A stretch of 64,000 bases of DNA, taken from the NCBI GenBank assembly GCA_046765915.1, contig JBKPTH010000002.1, positions 28,552 to 92,551 of the forward strand. Reading direction: 5' to 3'. A program made the translations under genes and the position numbers. The notes under the pieces were generated by a model. It did no database searches, was not told where the DNA came from, and saw nothing but the letters and a program-made list of their open reading frames with translations. This DNA comes from Acidobacteriota bacterium (GTDB taxonomy: Bacteria; Acidobacteriota; Thermoanaerobaculia; Multivoradales; UBA5704). This document shows positions 36,511-45,379 of this stretch, piece by piece; the stretch's first letter is position 1, and each line of letters opens with the position of its first letter.

Positions 36511-37448
36511 CAGCGGGGCTCCTCGGCCTCGGGGAACCCCCCCCGGCGGCGGATGAGGTAGGTAGGCCGGTTTTCGCTGCTCTCGATGATCCGGAGGAGG
36601 TACTCGCCGACTACGCCCAGGCTGACGAGGAGTAGGCCACCAATCAGCATCAGGGCCGCGAAGAGGGAGGCCCAGCCCTGGACGCTGACTCCGTGGACGA
36701 TCCTCCTGTAGACCACCAGGGCCGCCAGGAGGAAGCTGATCGCGGCGAAGGAAATCCCCGCCACGCCCACCAGGCGCAGCACCAGCGAGGAGTTGTTGAT
36801 GAGGAGGTTGCTGAACACGCGGAACAGCTTCCGCAAGGTGTAGCCGCTCCGCCCTCCTTGCCGGGCACCATGGCCCACCGGTACACCGACCACGTCCTTG
36901 CTCACATGGAACATCAACGCTGGGAGAAAGGGATGTGGAGTTCGAATCGAAAGGACCCCGTCCACGACCGTGCGGCCGAGCAAGCGGAACGAGCTGAGCT
37001 GGATGCCTCGGGGCTTGCCGATGAGGATCTGGTCGAAGAAGCCCTTTATGCGGCTGGCGGTCCGCCGGAAGAAGCTGTGCCGTTTGCGTTCGAACTGTCC
37101 GATCGCGATGTCGTGGCTCGCGTGCGCCAGCAGCTTCGGGATGTCTTGCGGGTCGTGCTGCAGGTCGTCGTCCAGAGTGACGACCACCTCGCCTTGAGCC
37201 TCGCGCAAGCCGCACAGCGTGGCCGCCTGCTGACCGAAGTTGCGCGTCAATTGCACCGCTCTCACCTCTTTCCGCTCTCGCGCCAGCCGCTCGAGGGTCA
37301 GCCAGGTCCCGGGATCGGGTGAGCGGTCGTCGACGAAGACGATCTCGTAGGCATCCTCCGTTCGGTCCCGGAACACGGCATCGATGCGGTCAGCCAATTC
37401 CTCCAGGACCGGGCTGTCGTAGACGGGGATTACGATGGAGACGCGCAT
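36510..37448 (-). CDS. GtrB/ArnC-like polyprenyl-phosphate sugar transferase (GT2 with C-terminal TM helices)
   Basis: Begins MRVSIVIPVYD. Contains IVFVDDRSPD, VTLDDDLQHDPQDI and two C-terminal TM helices. Confidence 0.75.
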   Translation of the reverse strand: MRVSIVIPVYDSPVLEELADRIDAVFRDRTEDAYEIVFVDDRSPDPGTWLTLERLARERKEVRAVQLTRNFGQQAATLCGLREAQGEVVVTLDDDLQHDPQDIPKLLAHASHDIAIGQFERKRHSFFRRTASRIKGFFDQILIGKPRGIQLSSFRLLGRTVVDGVLSIRTPHPFLPALMFHVSKDVVGVPVGHGARQGGRSGYTLRKLFRVFSNLLINNSSLVLRLVGVAGISFAAISFLLAALVVYRRIVHGVSVQGWASLFAALMLIGGLLLVSLGVVGEYLLRIIESSENRPTYLIRRRGGFPEAEEPR

Positions 37449-38152
37449 GCCCTCGCTGTGCTTAGAAGGTAGCTCCGAGCCCCATGCGGCCCTTCGTTGA
37501 GCAGCAGGTCCAGGATACTCACCTCGTGAATGAATGGTGGGGAGAAGAGCTGGTGGTACTCCGGGTAGCTGGAGTAATCCATCCAGCGTACGGCGATTCC
37601 CTTTTCGGCGAAACGGCTCTCGTCCAAGTAGACCCGGGCCGCCGGTCCCGAGAGGTACTCTCCGGCTCCTGCCTGCTCGCACAGACCGACGAGCCGCTCC
37701 GTACGATCGCCGCGCAATTCATACTCCGTCGAACGGGTGATGCGGGTCTCGACTCTGAGGAGGTCGCAAATCGCCCGCAAGAACAGCTCGTTGACACAGC
37801 TCAGGAGCCGCTCGCCAGCGGCACGCTCGTACAACCCGGCCAGCCGCGGTGCGATGTCGGCGAACCAGGGTGCACGGGCGTAATGAGTCTGGATCGAAGT
37901 CCAATGCCTGGCCGTCCACCGTGGATCGCCGATCTCGACCTCTCGAATCGGTTGTCCGAAGCGGCCCTTCAGGAGCACCGGAATGGTAATCCAGGCCGTT
38001 CCTTCGCGCGTCTTAATGCGGTTACGGTTCCGCCAGCCGTTCTTGCTGTACTGGACGTCGTCGTAGAGAATGAACTCATCTACGGATCCGATAATGTCGA
38101 AGTACCCCTTCCAGGGAACATAGGACGACTGGATAATGGCGACGCGTTTCAT
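37430..38152 (-). CDS. WbqC-like family protein
   Basis: The N-terminus MKRVAIIQSSYVPWKGYFDII is characteristic of WbqC-like proteins in O-antigen clusters. Confidence 0.55.
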   Translation of the reverse strand: MKRVAIIQSSYVPWKGYFDIIGSVDEFILYDDVQYSKNGWRNRNRIKTREGTAWITIPVLLKGRFGQPIREVEIGDPRWTARHWTSIQTHYARAPWFADIAPRLAGLYERAAGERLLSCVNELFLRAICDLLRVETRITRSTEYELRGDRTERLVGLCEQAGAGEYLSGPAARVYLDESRFAEKGIAVRWMDYSSYPEYHQLFSPPFIHEVSILDLLLNEGPHGARSYLLSTARACASPS

Positions 38153-38204
38153 CCGGCTGGTTCACGGATTCTAGCGCAATCTGCTACCGTCTCGGGCACG
38201 CCTC

Positions 38205-39335
38205 ATGGATGGCTTTACCCTTTTCCTCACTGGCATGCAGCGCTCAGGCACGACACTACTCGAAAGGCTGGTCGGCCTCCATCCCCATGCCTCGATCCTC
38301 GCGCAGCCGTTCCCCCTGATCTTCGTGGAGGCGAAGAGGGATTTTCTGCTTGGGTTCGGCCGGAGCCGCGTCCGCTATCCCCTGGGCCATCTCTTCCTCG
38401 AGGACGAATATCGGCAGGAGGACTTCGATCGATACCTGGCGAAGCTGCAGATCAACGGCGTGCGACTGCGGCAGATCTTCGACGAGATGCGGGACTTCTC
38501 CGGCCAGTATACTCGCTTTGACCGCTCCGCTGTGGAGCGGGCGATCCCGGTACTCCCTGCCGCCGCTGGCTTCGCCGAGCTCCTCGCAGCCCTCTACCGC
38601 AGCCTCTCCCCTGAGCCGGAAGCCCCGATCGTGGGCGGCAAAGAGACGATCTGCGAGGAGTTCCTGCCCCACTTCCTGGACCGCGGTTGGCGGTGCGTGC
38701 TCATCCTCCGCGATCCGCGTGACGTGGTGGCCTCGCTCAACCATGGCCGGGGTCCCGAGTACGGTGGCCCGCTAAAAACGACGCTCTTCAACGTCCGCAA
38801 CTGGCGCAAGAGCGTCGCCTACGCCCTCCACCTTGACGGCCACCCGGGGTTTCTCTGGCTGCGCTATGAAGATCTTGTCGCCGATCCCCGAACGACCCTA
38901 CACCGGATCGCCCACAATTTAGGGCTTGCCGATTTCGTGCCGGGTGAGATCCGCGATGTCGCAGGCCGCTTCTGGACAGGCAACTCCTCCCACGGTGAGC
39001 GCCTGGGCGTGAGCGACGCATCGGTCGGTGCCTACCAGCAGATCCTTCCGGAGGCGGTTGTCCAGTTCGTCGAGGCCGCCTGTCTGCCGGAGTTGCGGTT
39101 CCTCGGTTATCCCACGAGCCTGGACGCGGAAGAGGCGCCCGGCGTCCTCCACGGTTTCGAGGAGCCCTACGAGATCACGCGCGAGGGCATCGAGAACGAC
39201 CTCGCCGGCGATGCCAACGCTGCTCTGGAATCACGACGCCTCGAGCTACTCGGCGAGGCTCCGGCCGCCGCGACCCAACCCTGGTTCCTGTTTGAGCGCG
39301 CCCATGCCAGGCTGCGGGAGGCCCTTTTGGGATGA
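38205..39335 (+). CDS. sulfotransferase
   Basis: The 5'-PSB motif is TGMQRSGTTLL and the 3'-PB region is LILRDPRDVVAS. Confidence 0.65.
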   Translation: MDGFTLFLTGMQRSGTTLLERLVGLHPHASILAQPFPLIFVEAKRDFLLGFGRSRVRYPLGHLFLEDEYRQEDFDRYLAKLQINGVRLRQIFDEMRDFSGQYTRFDRSAVERAIPVLPAAAGFAELLAALYRSLSPEPEAPIVGGKETICEEFLPHFLDRGWRCVLILRDPRDVVASLNHGRGPEYGGPLKTTLFNVRNWRKSVAYALHLDGHPGFLWLRYEDLVADPRTTLHRIAHNLGLADFVPGEIRDVAGRFWTGNSSHGERLGVSDASVGAYQQILPEAVVQFVEAACLPELRFLGYPTSLDAEEAPGVLHGFEEPYEITREGIENDLAGDANAALESRRLELLGEAPAAATQPWFLFERAHARLREALLG

Positions 39336-40312
39336 TTGTCTTCGCGGCCCGGGCCTGCTCGATCCTGCACGACCTCTTGCGCTCATGCGGGGAAGAGCGC
39401 CCCTTCCTGATGCCGGCCAACATCTGCCCTATCGTTCCGGTGACCTTTCTGGAGACGCGGCGCTCCTTCGTACTGGTCGACATCGCCGAATCTACGTTGG
39501 AGATAGATCCCGAAGCCTGCCTCGACCGCCTTCGACAGGAGCCGGGGAGGTTCGGCGGGATCCTGTTCGTCCGCCCTTACGGTAGCGAGCGGGATGTGGA
39601 TACCTTCTTTCGCCGGCTCAAGGAACTGCAGCCGGACCTGCTCCTTATTGATGACAAGTGCCTCTGCCGGCCGGACTGCGAAGGCGCGAGGATCTCACCT
39701 TGGGCGGATGTGACCTTGTTCAGCACGGGCCGGGTAAAGTACGTCGACCTGGGATACGGCGGCTTCGCGCACATGCGGGAGAGCGTCCCGTATCGCCGTA
39801 GCGATGGGCCGACATATCGCGAGACCGCGCTGGAAGAGGTGACCCGCCGTTACGAGAGGGCTGTGGCCGAGAGGTCACCCTTCGAAGGGACTTGCGAAGG
39901 ATGGCTCGATCTCCGGGTGCCGAAGGTCTCCTGGAGAGATCACAGCCAGCGCACGGCCGCGGCGTTGCGCCGGGCCGATCAGCACAAGCGTCGCCTCAAT
40001 GCCCTCTACGCGGATGAGCTGCCACGGGAGATTCAGTTAGCGCCCGAGTTCCAGGCTTGGCGGTTCAACATCCGGGTGCCTGCACCAGAGAGGCTCATCA
40101 AGCGCCTCTTCGCGAAAGGGCTCTACGCCAGCCGCCATTACCCCGGCCTGGGAGGAATCTTCTCTAAAGGTCAGTTTCCCCAGGCGGAGAGGTTCCACCA
40201 GGAGATTGTCAATCTGTTCAATGACAGGTACTTCAACGAGGAGCAGGGGGAGCAGGCTGTCAACCTCGTGCGCGAGCACCTCGCAGAATTGGAAACGGCA
40301 GGTCTGCTATGA
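39332..40312 (+). CDS. divergent DegT-like PLP-fold protein (function uncertain)
   Basis: The order of motifs resembles DegT: ICPIVPVTF, a DDK segment, FSTGRVKYVDLGYGG, and a C-terminal GLYASRHYP. It is translationally coupled on both sides. Confidence 0.35.
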   Translation: MIVFAARACSILHDLLRSCGEERPFLMPANICPIVPVTFLETRRSFVLVDIAESTLEIDPEACLDRLRQEPGRFGGILFVRPYGSERDVDTFFRRLKELQPDLLLIDDKCLCRPDCEGARISPWADVTLFSTGRVKYVDLGYGGFAHMRESVPYRRSDGPTYRETALEEVTRRYERAVAERSPFEGTCEGWLDLRVPKVSWRDHSQRTAAALRRADQHKRRLNALYADELPREIQLAPEFQAWRFNIRVPAPERLIKRLFAKGLYASRHYPGLGGIFSKGQFPQAERFHQEIVNLFNDRYFNEEQGEQAVNLVREHLAELETAGLL

Positions 40313-41229
40313 AGCTGGCGTCACTACCGAGCAGGCGGGTGGAGGCAGCCGACTTGATGGATTGCATCGAATCGTGTCCAGTTTGTCTGTACCGGGGCGA
40401 GCGGCGCCCTGTGCTTCCCCTCCAAGATGCGCCGAGGGTCGACTTTCTCGAATGTCCGGTCTGCCAGGCGTGCTCCGCGTCTCATATGCCCAGCGAAGAG
40501 CTCCTGTCTCGGTTCTACAGCTCGTTTTACGACGGCAAGGAGGAGCACGTGACGTTCGATGGCCCCGAACGCTTTGCCGCACACCTGGTCAAGTACCTGC
40601 GGGTCGCGGCGTCGGTGGAACGCTTTCGCATCCTCGATTTCGGAGGCGGTGACGGCCGTCTGGCGGCAGCGGTTGGCTCCCGACTGCTGAGCAATGGGCC
40701 TTGTCACCATGCCGAGGTCACAGTCGTCGATCCCCACGTAGGTGAGGTGGTCGCTGCGACAGGCATTGCAATACGCCGAGCCGGCGGGCTCGACGAAGAG
40801 CTGGGCGAGTTCGACCTGGTGCTTGCCTCGGGAGTGCTGGAGCATATGCCTCTTTTTCACGACGTGATGAAGCGTCTCGCCGATGCCATAGCTCCCGGAG
40901 GCCACTTCTACGCCAGGACGCCCTGGAACGTTCCCCTGGCCAAGATCCTACCAAGGGCGGACTTGTCCTTTCCGGCGCATGTGCATGATTTCGGTGCACC
41001 TTTCTGGAACCAGGTCGTCCAAACGCTGCAGCTCCCACTCCGCCGCAGACGCTCGCGGCCCTCGATTCGTCAGGTGGGGTTCAGGGAAGCGCCATTACGG
41101 GCTCTGCTGGTGGCCGGGCTCAAGCTGCCCGGCCACATCGAGAGCAGCATCTCGCCAGCAAATCGGCGGAACCGCTTCTACCGGTTTGTTGGTGGCTGGG
41201 AGGTACTCCTGCAACGGCCAGCGAGCTGA
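40309..41229 (+). CDS. class I SAM-dependent methyltransferase with N-terminal CxxC zinc ribbon
   Basis: CPVC...CPVC forms the zinc ribbon. The methyltransferase motifs ILDFGGGDG and LVLASGVLEHMP follow. Confidence 0.55.
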   Translation: MKLASLPSRRVEAADLMDCIESCPVCLYRGERRPVLPLQDAPRVDFLECPVCQACSASHMPSEELLSRFYSSFYDGKEEHVTFDGPERFAAHLVKYLRVAASVERFRILDFGGGDGRLAAAVGSRLLSNGPCHHAEVTVVDPHVGEVVAATGIAIRRAGGLDEELGEFDLVLASGVLEHMPLFHDVMKRLADAIAPGGHFYARTPWNVPLAKILPRADLSFPAHVHDFGAPFWNQVVQTLQLPLRRRRSRPSIRQVGFREAPLRALLVAGLKLPGHIESSISPANRRNRFYRFVGGWEVLLQRPAS

Positions 41230-41291
41230 ATGCTCCAGCATCTGGGTGAACGTGGAGACCCGGCGCGCACCGGGTCTCCACTCAGATCCGG

Positions 41292-43058
41292 TTACTGCTT
41301 CTCCGCCTTCTCCAGGAGGAGCTGCTTGATCTCGCGTAGCTCTTTCTGCAACTCGGCGATCTGCGCGTCCTTCTCCTGCACTACCTGGTAGAGCCCCTGC
41401 ACCGCCAACATGGTAATGCCTTGGACATCCATCGGGACGATGTACTTTCCATCCGTTCCCAGGCCGAAGGCGCTCTGGAAGTCCTCGACGGTCGGGCCGA
41501 CGTGGCGCATCTTGCGCTCGTCGTCCTTGTAGCTCCACTCCTGGACCGGCAGCTCGGCGAACTTTTGCAGCACGGCGCTCGAATCCACCGGCTGGAAGTT
41601 CTCCTTGAACGTGCGCGAGGAGTTGTTGGTGAACACGCCGTTCACGGTCAGGCCGTTGTTGGCCGTCACCAACCCGCTGGTTCCGTTGATCGTCATGCGG
41701 CTGGCGTTGTTGGTGCCAAAGGTGATGTCGTCGGCTTCTGAACCCGTCCCGATGAGGAGTCCATTGCCGCCAGCGGCGAGGATTTCTTGGCGGTTGCCGA
41801 GCGTTATGCCGTACCGTGTGGCCGTCCTGCCGCTCCCGTGCGAGATTAACTGCGCCAGGCCGCCGGCGTTATTCTTGGCGCGAAAGCCAGCGAGTGCGGA
41901 GGTGCCCGCGCTGGTGTTCTCGACCTGGATAAAGGTGTTCGCATCGACGCTATCGAAGACGTGCAGCTTCTCGTCCGGGGCAGCTATGTTGATGCCCACG
42001 TCGCCATCCGAGCTGATGTCGAGGCTGCTCGTCGGCGCGCCGGGGCGGATGCGGAAGGACAGCTTGGAGCCGCCGGTGACGTCGCGGACGAAGAAGTTGG
42101 CCTCGTTGGCGCCGATGTCCCAGGTCTGGGCGGTGAAGCCGCCGGAGTTGTTCTGCTCGAGGCGGATGGCCGGCGTGTTGGACGTGTTGATGTGGAGGTC
42201 GAGCACCGGGGTGGACGTGCGCAGGCCGATGCGGCCGGTGCTGTCGGCGAAGATCGAGTTGGTCGCGGCGCCGGCGGTGATGGTGAAGGGCACCTTGCTG
42301 CCGGTGATGTCCTCGATGGAGAACTTGCTCGAGCCGCCGCTCGCCGAGTCGTTGGCGGTGAGCTGCCAGTCGTTGGCCGGGAAACCCGCGGACGAGCTGG
42401 TGTCGTCGAACTTGATGCGGGTGTTGTTCTCCTTCAACCGGATGGTGTCGAAGCCGAAGCTCTCGTTGTTGACGCAGTCGAGGCCGACGCACGCGCTGCC
42501 CTGGACGATGAGGTCGTCCGGGATGACCTGGTCCGCCGCGGTGGAGGGCGTCAGCGCCTTCGAGGCGGCCGAGCCCTTGCCGCGCCTCGGCTCATTGGCT
42601 TCCTGCACCAGCGTGCCGTGGTCGATGCTGAAAGCGCCGGACTGCACCATCGGCGTGCGCGGCAGCTTGCCGGCCTCCTGCAGCTTGGCGATGGCGGCGT
42701 CGTCGCCGTTCTGCCGCGCCGCGGCGAGGGCCCGCCGGGTCGCCCGGTCGAGCACCGGCGCGGCGACGAGCTCGTAGCGGTAGGCGCCGTCGGGAAGCGG
42801 CTTGCCGTCGTCGCCGACGGCCTCGAAGACGATGGCGGCGCCGGCGGCGAACTCACGGCGTACGATCAGACCCTCGGGGCCGGACACGGTCAAGGTCATC
42901 TTCTGGAACTCGACCGACGGCTGGAACTGGATCCCGAGCGGGCTGACGCTCGCGGCGGCCAGAGCGGCCGGAGCGGCGGTCGCCGGCGCCGCCAGCAGGG
43001 CCGCGGCGAGGGCCAGGACCGCGATCGCCCCCCAACTGGATTGCGTGCTCCTCATCAT
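41292..43058 (-). CDS. secreted beta-helix/tail-fibre-like protein with C-terminal peptidase-S74 intramolecular chaperone domain
   Basis: A strong GGAGG ribosome-binding site and a signal peptide. The Gly/Ser/Thr/Asn-rich beta repeats are followed by a C-terminal SSRTFKENFQPV...YKDDERKMRHVGPTVEDF...MLAVQGLYQVVQEK-coiled coil matching the endosialidase chaperone domain. Confidence 0.65.
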   Translation of the reverse strand: MMRSTQSSWGAIAVLALAAALLAAPATAAPAALAAASVSPLGIQFQPSVEFQKMTLTVSGPEGLIVRREFAAGAAIVFEAVGDDGKPLPDGAYRYELVAAPVLDRATRRALAAARQNGDDAAIAKLQEAGKLPRTPMVQSGAFSIDHGTLVQEANEPRRGKGSAASKALTPSTAADQVIPDDLIVQGSACVGLDCVNNESFGFDTIRLKENNTRIKFDDTSSSAGFPANDWQLTANDSASGGSSKFSIEDITGSKVPFTITAGAATNSIFADSTGRIGLRTSTPVLDLHINTSNTPAIRLEQNNSGGFTAQTWDIGANEANFFVRDVTGGSKLSFRIRPGAPTSSLDISSDGDVGINIAAPDEKLHVFDSVDANTFIQVENTSAGTSALAGFRAKNNAGGLAQLISHGSGRTATRYGITLGNRQEILAAGGNGLLIGTGSEADDITFGTNNASRMTINGTSGLVTANNGLTVNGVFTNNSSRTFKENFQPVDSSAVLQKFAELPVQEWSYKDDERKMRHVGPTVEDFQSAFGLGTDGKYIVPMDVQGITMLAVQGLYQVVQEKDAQIAELQKELREIKQLLLEKAEKQ

Positions 43059-43396
43059 TTCCTTCCTCCTTCCATGCATACGGCTGGTGTCAAGGGACCG
43101 GACCCACGCGGTCCGGACCCGGAGAGTCCGTCTCAGGCTGGAGCCCACAAGGTGAAGAACCAGGACTCCAAGATAGTGCGAAAAAAGGAAGAAAGAGAGA
43201 CACCCCGTTCGCCCTCCGGCCGGCCTGGTACCACAGGCGCGTCGAACCGAGATCCGTTACAGGGCAGCGATGAACGCGGCTGGAGGTCGTGCGAGCCCTG
43301 GTGTCAATATAAACGAAATCCACGCGCTTGTCGATTAGCCCTCACTGTTGAATCGAGTGTGCTGTGCAAACGATAAAAGTGATCAATTCAAAGCCC

Positions 43397-45379
43397 TCAA
43401 GGAACCGGCCGCGCGAGGAGCGAGAAGATTTCTCCGTACACCGGATGAAGGTCGGCGGCGATCCCCAGCTCCAGGCGCTCGATGGCGGCCGTCACCCTAC
43501 TCTCGCCATTCTCCTCCGGCAGGGGCCAATGCAGGGTCAGCCGGTTCAGCCCGGGGCGCAGGCCGCCGCGCTCCACCCGCAGCCACGCCCGGGACCAGCG
43601 CTCCTCGGCTGCCGCCCCGCCCACTGCGGCGCCGTTGACGGTCACGCCGATCCGTCCCCGGCGGCTCCCTCCGGCGAGGGGGGAAGGGAGGCGGGCCGTC
43701 AGCTCCAGCTCGACGTCGCACTGGGCGTCGCAGATCAGACAGAAAGAGGACTCCGGCCAGGGGCAGCGGAGAAAAGCCCGCTCGGGAAGGTCGGCGAAGC
43801 GCATGGCGTCGGGATAGAACCTCTCCAGCGGTTCCCAGAGATACGGCGGCTGGGTGAGATCGGTGCCTTCGCCGCGGATCGCGAGGTGGCGGAGCAGGAG
43901 AGCGGCGGTCTGCTGCCGCGCCGGCCGGCCCCGCCGCTCCAGGACCTCGCAGAGGGCCTCGATCAGGTCGGCGTCTAGATGGTCCCAGCGCCACCCGTGC
44001 TGCAGCAGGAGGCGATAGGGCGAGCCGAGGTTGCGCTGCTGGGCCGCCGTCAGCACCGCCGGACAGGGGGCGCAGCGGGCGGCGATCAGATCGAGCATGG
44101 CCCCCTCGATCCCTGGCGAGACATCGAGGGCCGCTTCGCACCAATGCTCCAGCAGCGGGCGCTTGGAGCCCACCGGCAGCAGACGATGGGCGGTGTGGAC
44201 GGCGGCGCCCAGGCGGGCGGTGGCCTCCGCCTCAGGCGAGATCTCCGTGGGAAGAAGGAGCCGATGCCAATCGATCTTCTCCTCGAGCATCCCCGAGAGA
44301 TCCAGCACCTCGGAGGCCACGGCCGCCATGGCGACCTGGATACCTTCGAGGGTGAGATGACAGTAGTCGAGGAAGAGGCGGCGGTCCGGAAGGGGCGAGC
44401 CGGTATGCGCCGCGAAAACCTGCCGCAGGTCGACGCGGGAGAAGCCATGCCGGCGGCCGGCGCCCTCGAGGATGTCCCGCGCGATCGTGGTGGCCTGGGG
44501 AGCGCTCAGGAAGGCGAGGGTGGGGTAGGCGGCGGCGTCGATCTCGGCGAGAGCGGCGCGCCTCGCCTCGTCGTGATTTCCCAGCCCCATCCACGCCCGG
44601 GCGGCCAGACGCCAGGAGGAGGAGCAGGCGCCGCCGTCCAGGTCCCGCATCGCCTGAGCGGCGGCGAGCGCTCCTTTGAAGTCCTGTCGCGCGAGCCGTT
44701 CCCGGGCTTCCTCGTAGAGGCCATGCCAGCGGGCGATGCCATCGCCCGGCAGCCAGACCGGCGGCTGGCGGGTCTCCCAGTCGGCGAGGTTGACCTCGGG
44801 GAGGACGAGGACGACCGGGATGCGGACGGTCCGCGCGATCATGGCGATGAAATCCAGGACCGCCTCCGCCTTCTGCCGCAGCTCCTGCCCGGCGAGCCGC
44901 ACCGGCCCCGCCATCCCTTCCTTCCGCAGCGCGTGGGCGTAGCGCCGGCGGGCCGCGGCCGAGGGAGCGTAGGGAGAGATCTCCGGCGTCTCCAGCAGGT
45001 TCCAGTTGTTGCCGGTGAACAGCACCAGCACGTCCGGATCGATCTGCAGGGAGGTCCGCACCGTCGCGGCGAGGGAGGCGAGGGTCTCGTTGGTGCGCGC
45101 GAGGTCGATCACCTCGAAATGGGCCTCGCCGCCCGCGGCCTGGAGCTGCGCCTCGAGGACCCGCGCCGGCGTCAGGTGGGGCGCATAGAGGTAGCCGGCC
45201 GCCACGGACTCGCCGAAGAAGGCCACCCGCAGCGGCAGCTCTGATTTTTTCGGGCGCAGCACCCTCGCCGCCGCGTAGTGGTCCCCCAGCGGCAGGGGAT
45301 CGGGACGGACGAAGGCGAGCTCGCCGTCGATCTCCCGCGGCTGCCAGATGCTGATCGGCTCGGGCGGCCGCGTCTTCAT
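43397..45379 (-). CDS. SGNH/GDSL-fold hydrolase-like protein with large C-terminal domain
   Basis: Block I is FFGESVAAGY, block III is FTGNNW and block V is DYCHL. It shares an ATGA overlap with the carbamoyltransferase. The 1395 aa track ORF merges two genes. Confidence 0.5.
   Translation of the reverse strand: MKTRPPEPISIWQPREIDGELAFVRPDPLPLGDHYAAARVLRPKKSELPLRVAFFGESVAAGYLYAPHLTPARVLEAQLQAAGGEAHFEVIDLARTNETLASLAATVRTSLQIDPDVLVLFTGNNWNLLETPEISPYAPSAAARRRYAHALRKEGMAGPVRLAGQELRQKAEAVLDFIAMIARTVRIPVVLVLPEVNLADWETRQPPVWLPGDGIARWHGLYEEARERLARQDFKGALAAAQAMRDLDGGACSSSWRLAARAWMGLGNHDEARRAALAEIDAAAYPTLAFLSAPQATTIARDILEGAGRRHGFSRVDLRQVFAAHTGSPLPDRRLFLDYCHLTLEGIQVAMAAVASEVLDLSGMLEEKIDWHRLLLPTEISPEAEATARLGAAVHTAHRLLPVGSKRPLLEHWCEAALDVSPGIEGAMLDLIAARCAPCPAVLTAAQQRNLGSPYRLLLQHGWRWDHLDADLIEALCEVLERRGRPARQQTAALLLRHLAIRGEGTDLTQPPYLWEPLERFYPDAMRFADLPERAFLRCPWPESSFCLICDAQCDVELELTARLPSPLAGGSRRGRIGVTVNGAAVGGAAAEERWSRAWLRVERGGLRPGLNRLTLHWPLPEENGESRVTAAIERLELGIAADLHPVYGEIFSLLARPVP

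Noticed and set aside
36921-36960. tRNA-like T-arm motif GAGTTCGAATC
   Set aside because: It lies inside the GtrB-like coding sequence, and no cloverleaf can be drawn around it.
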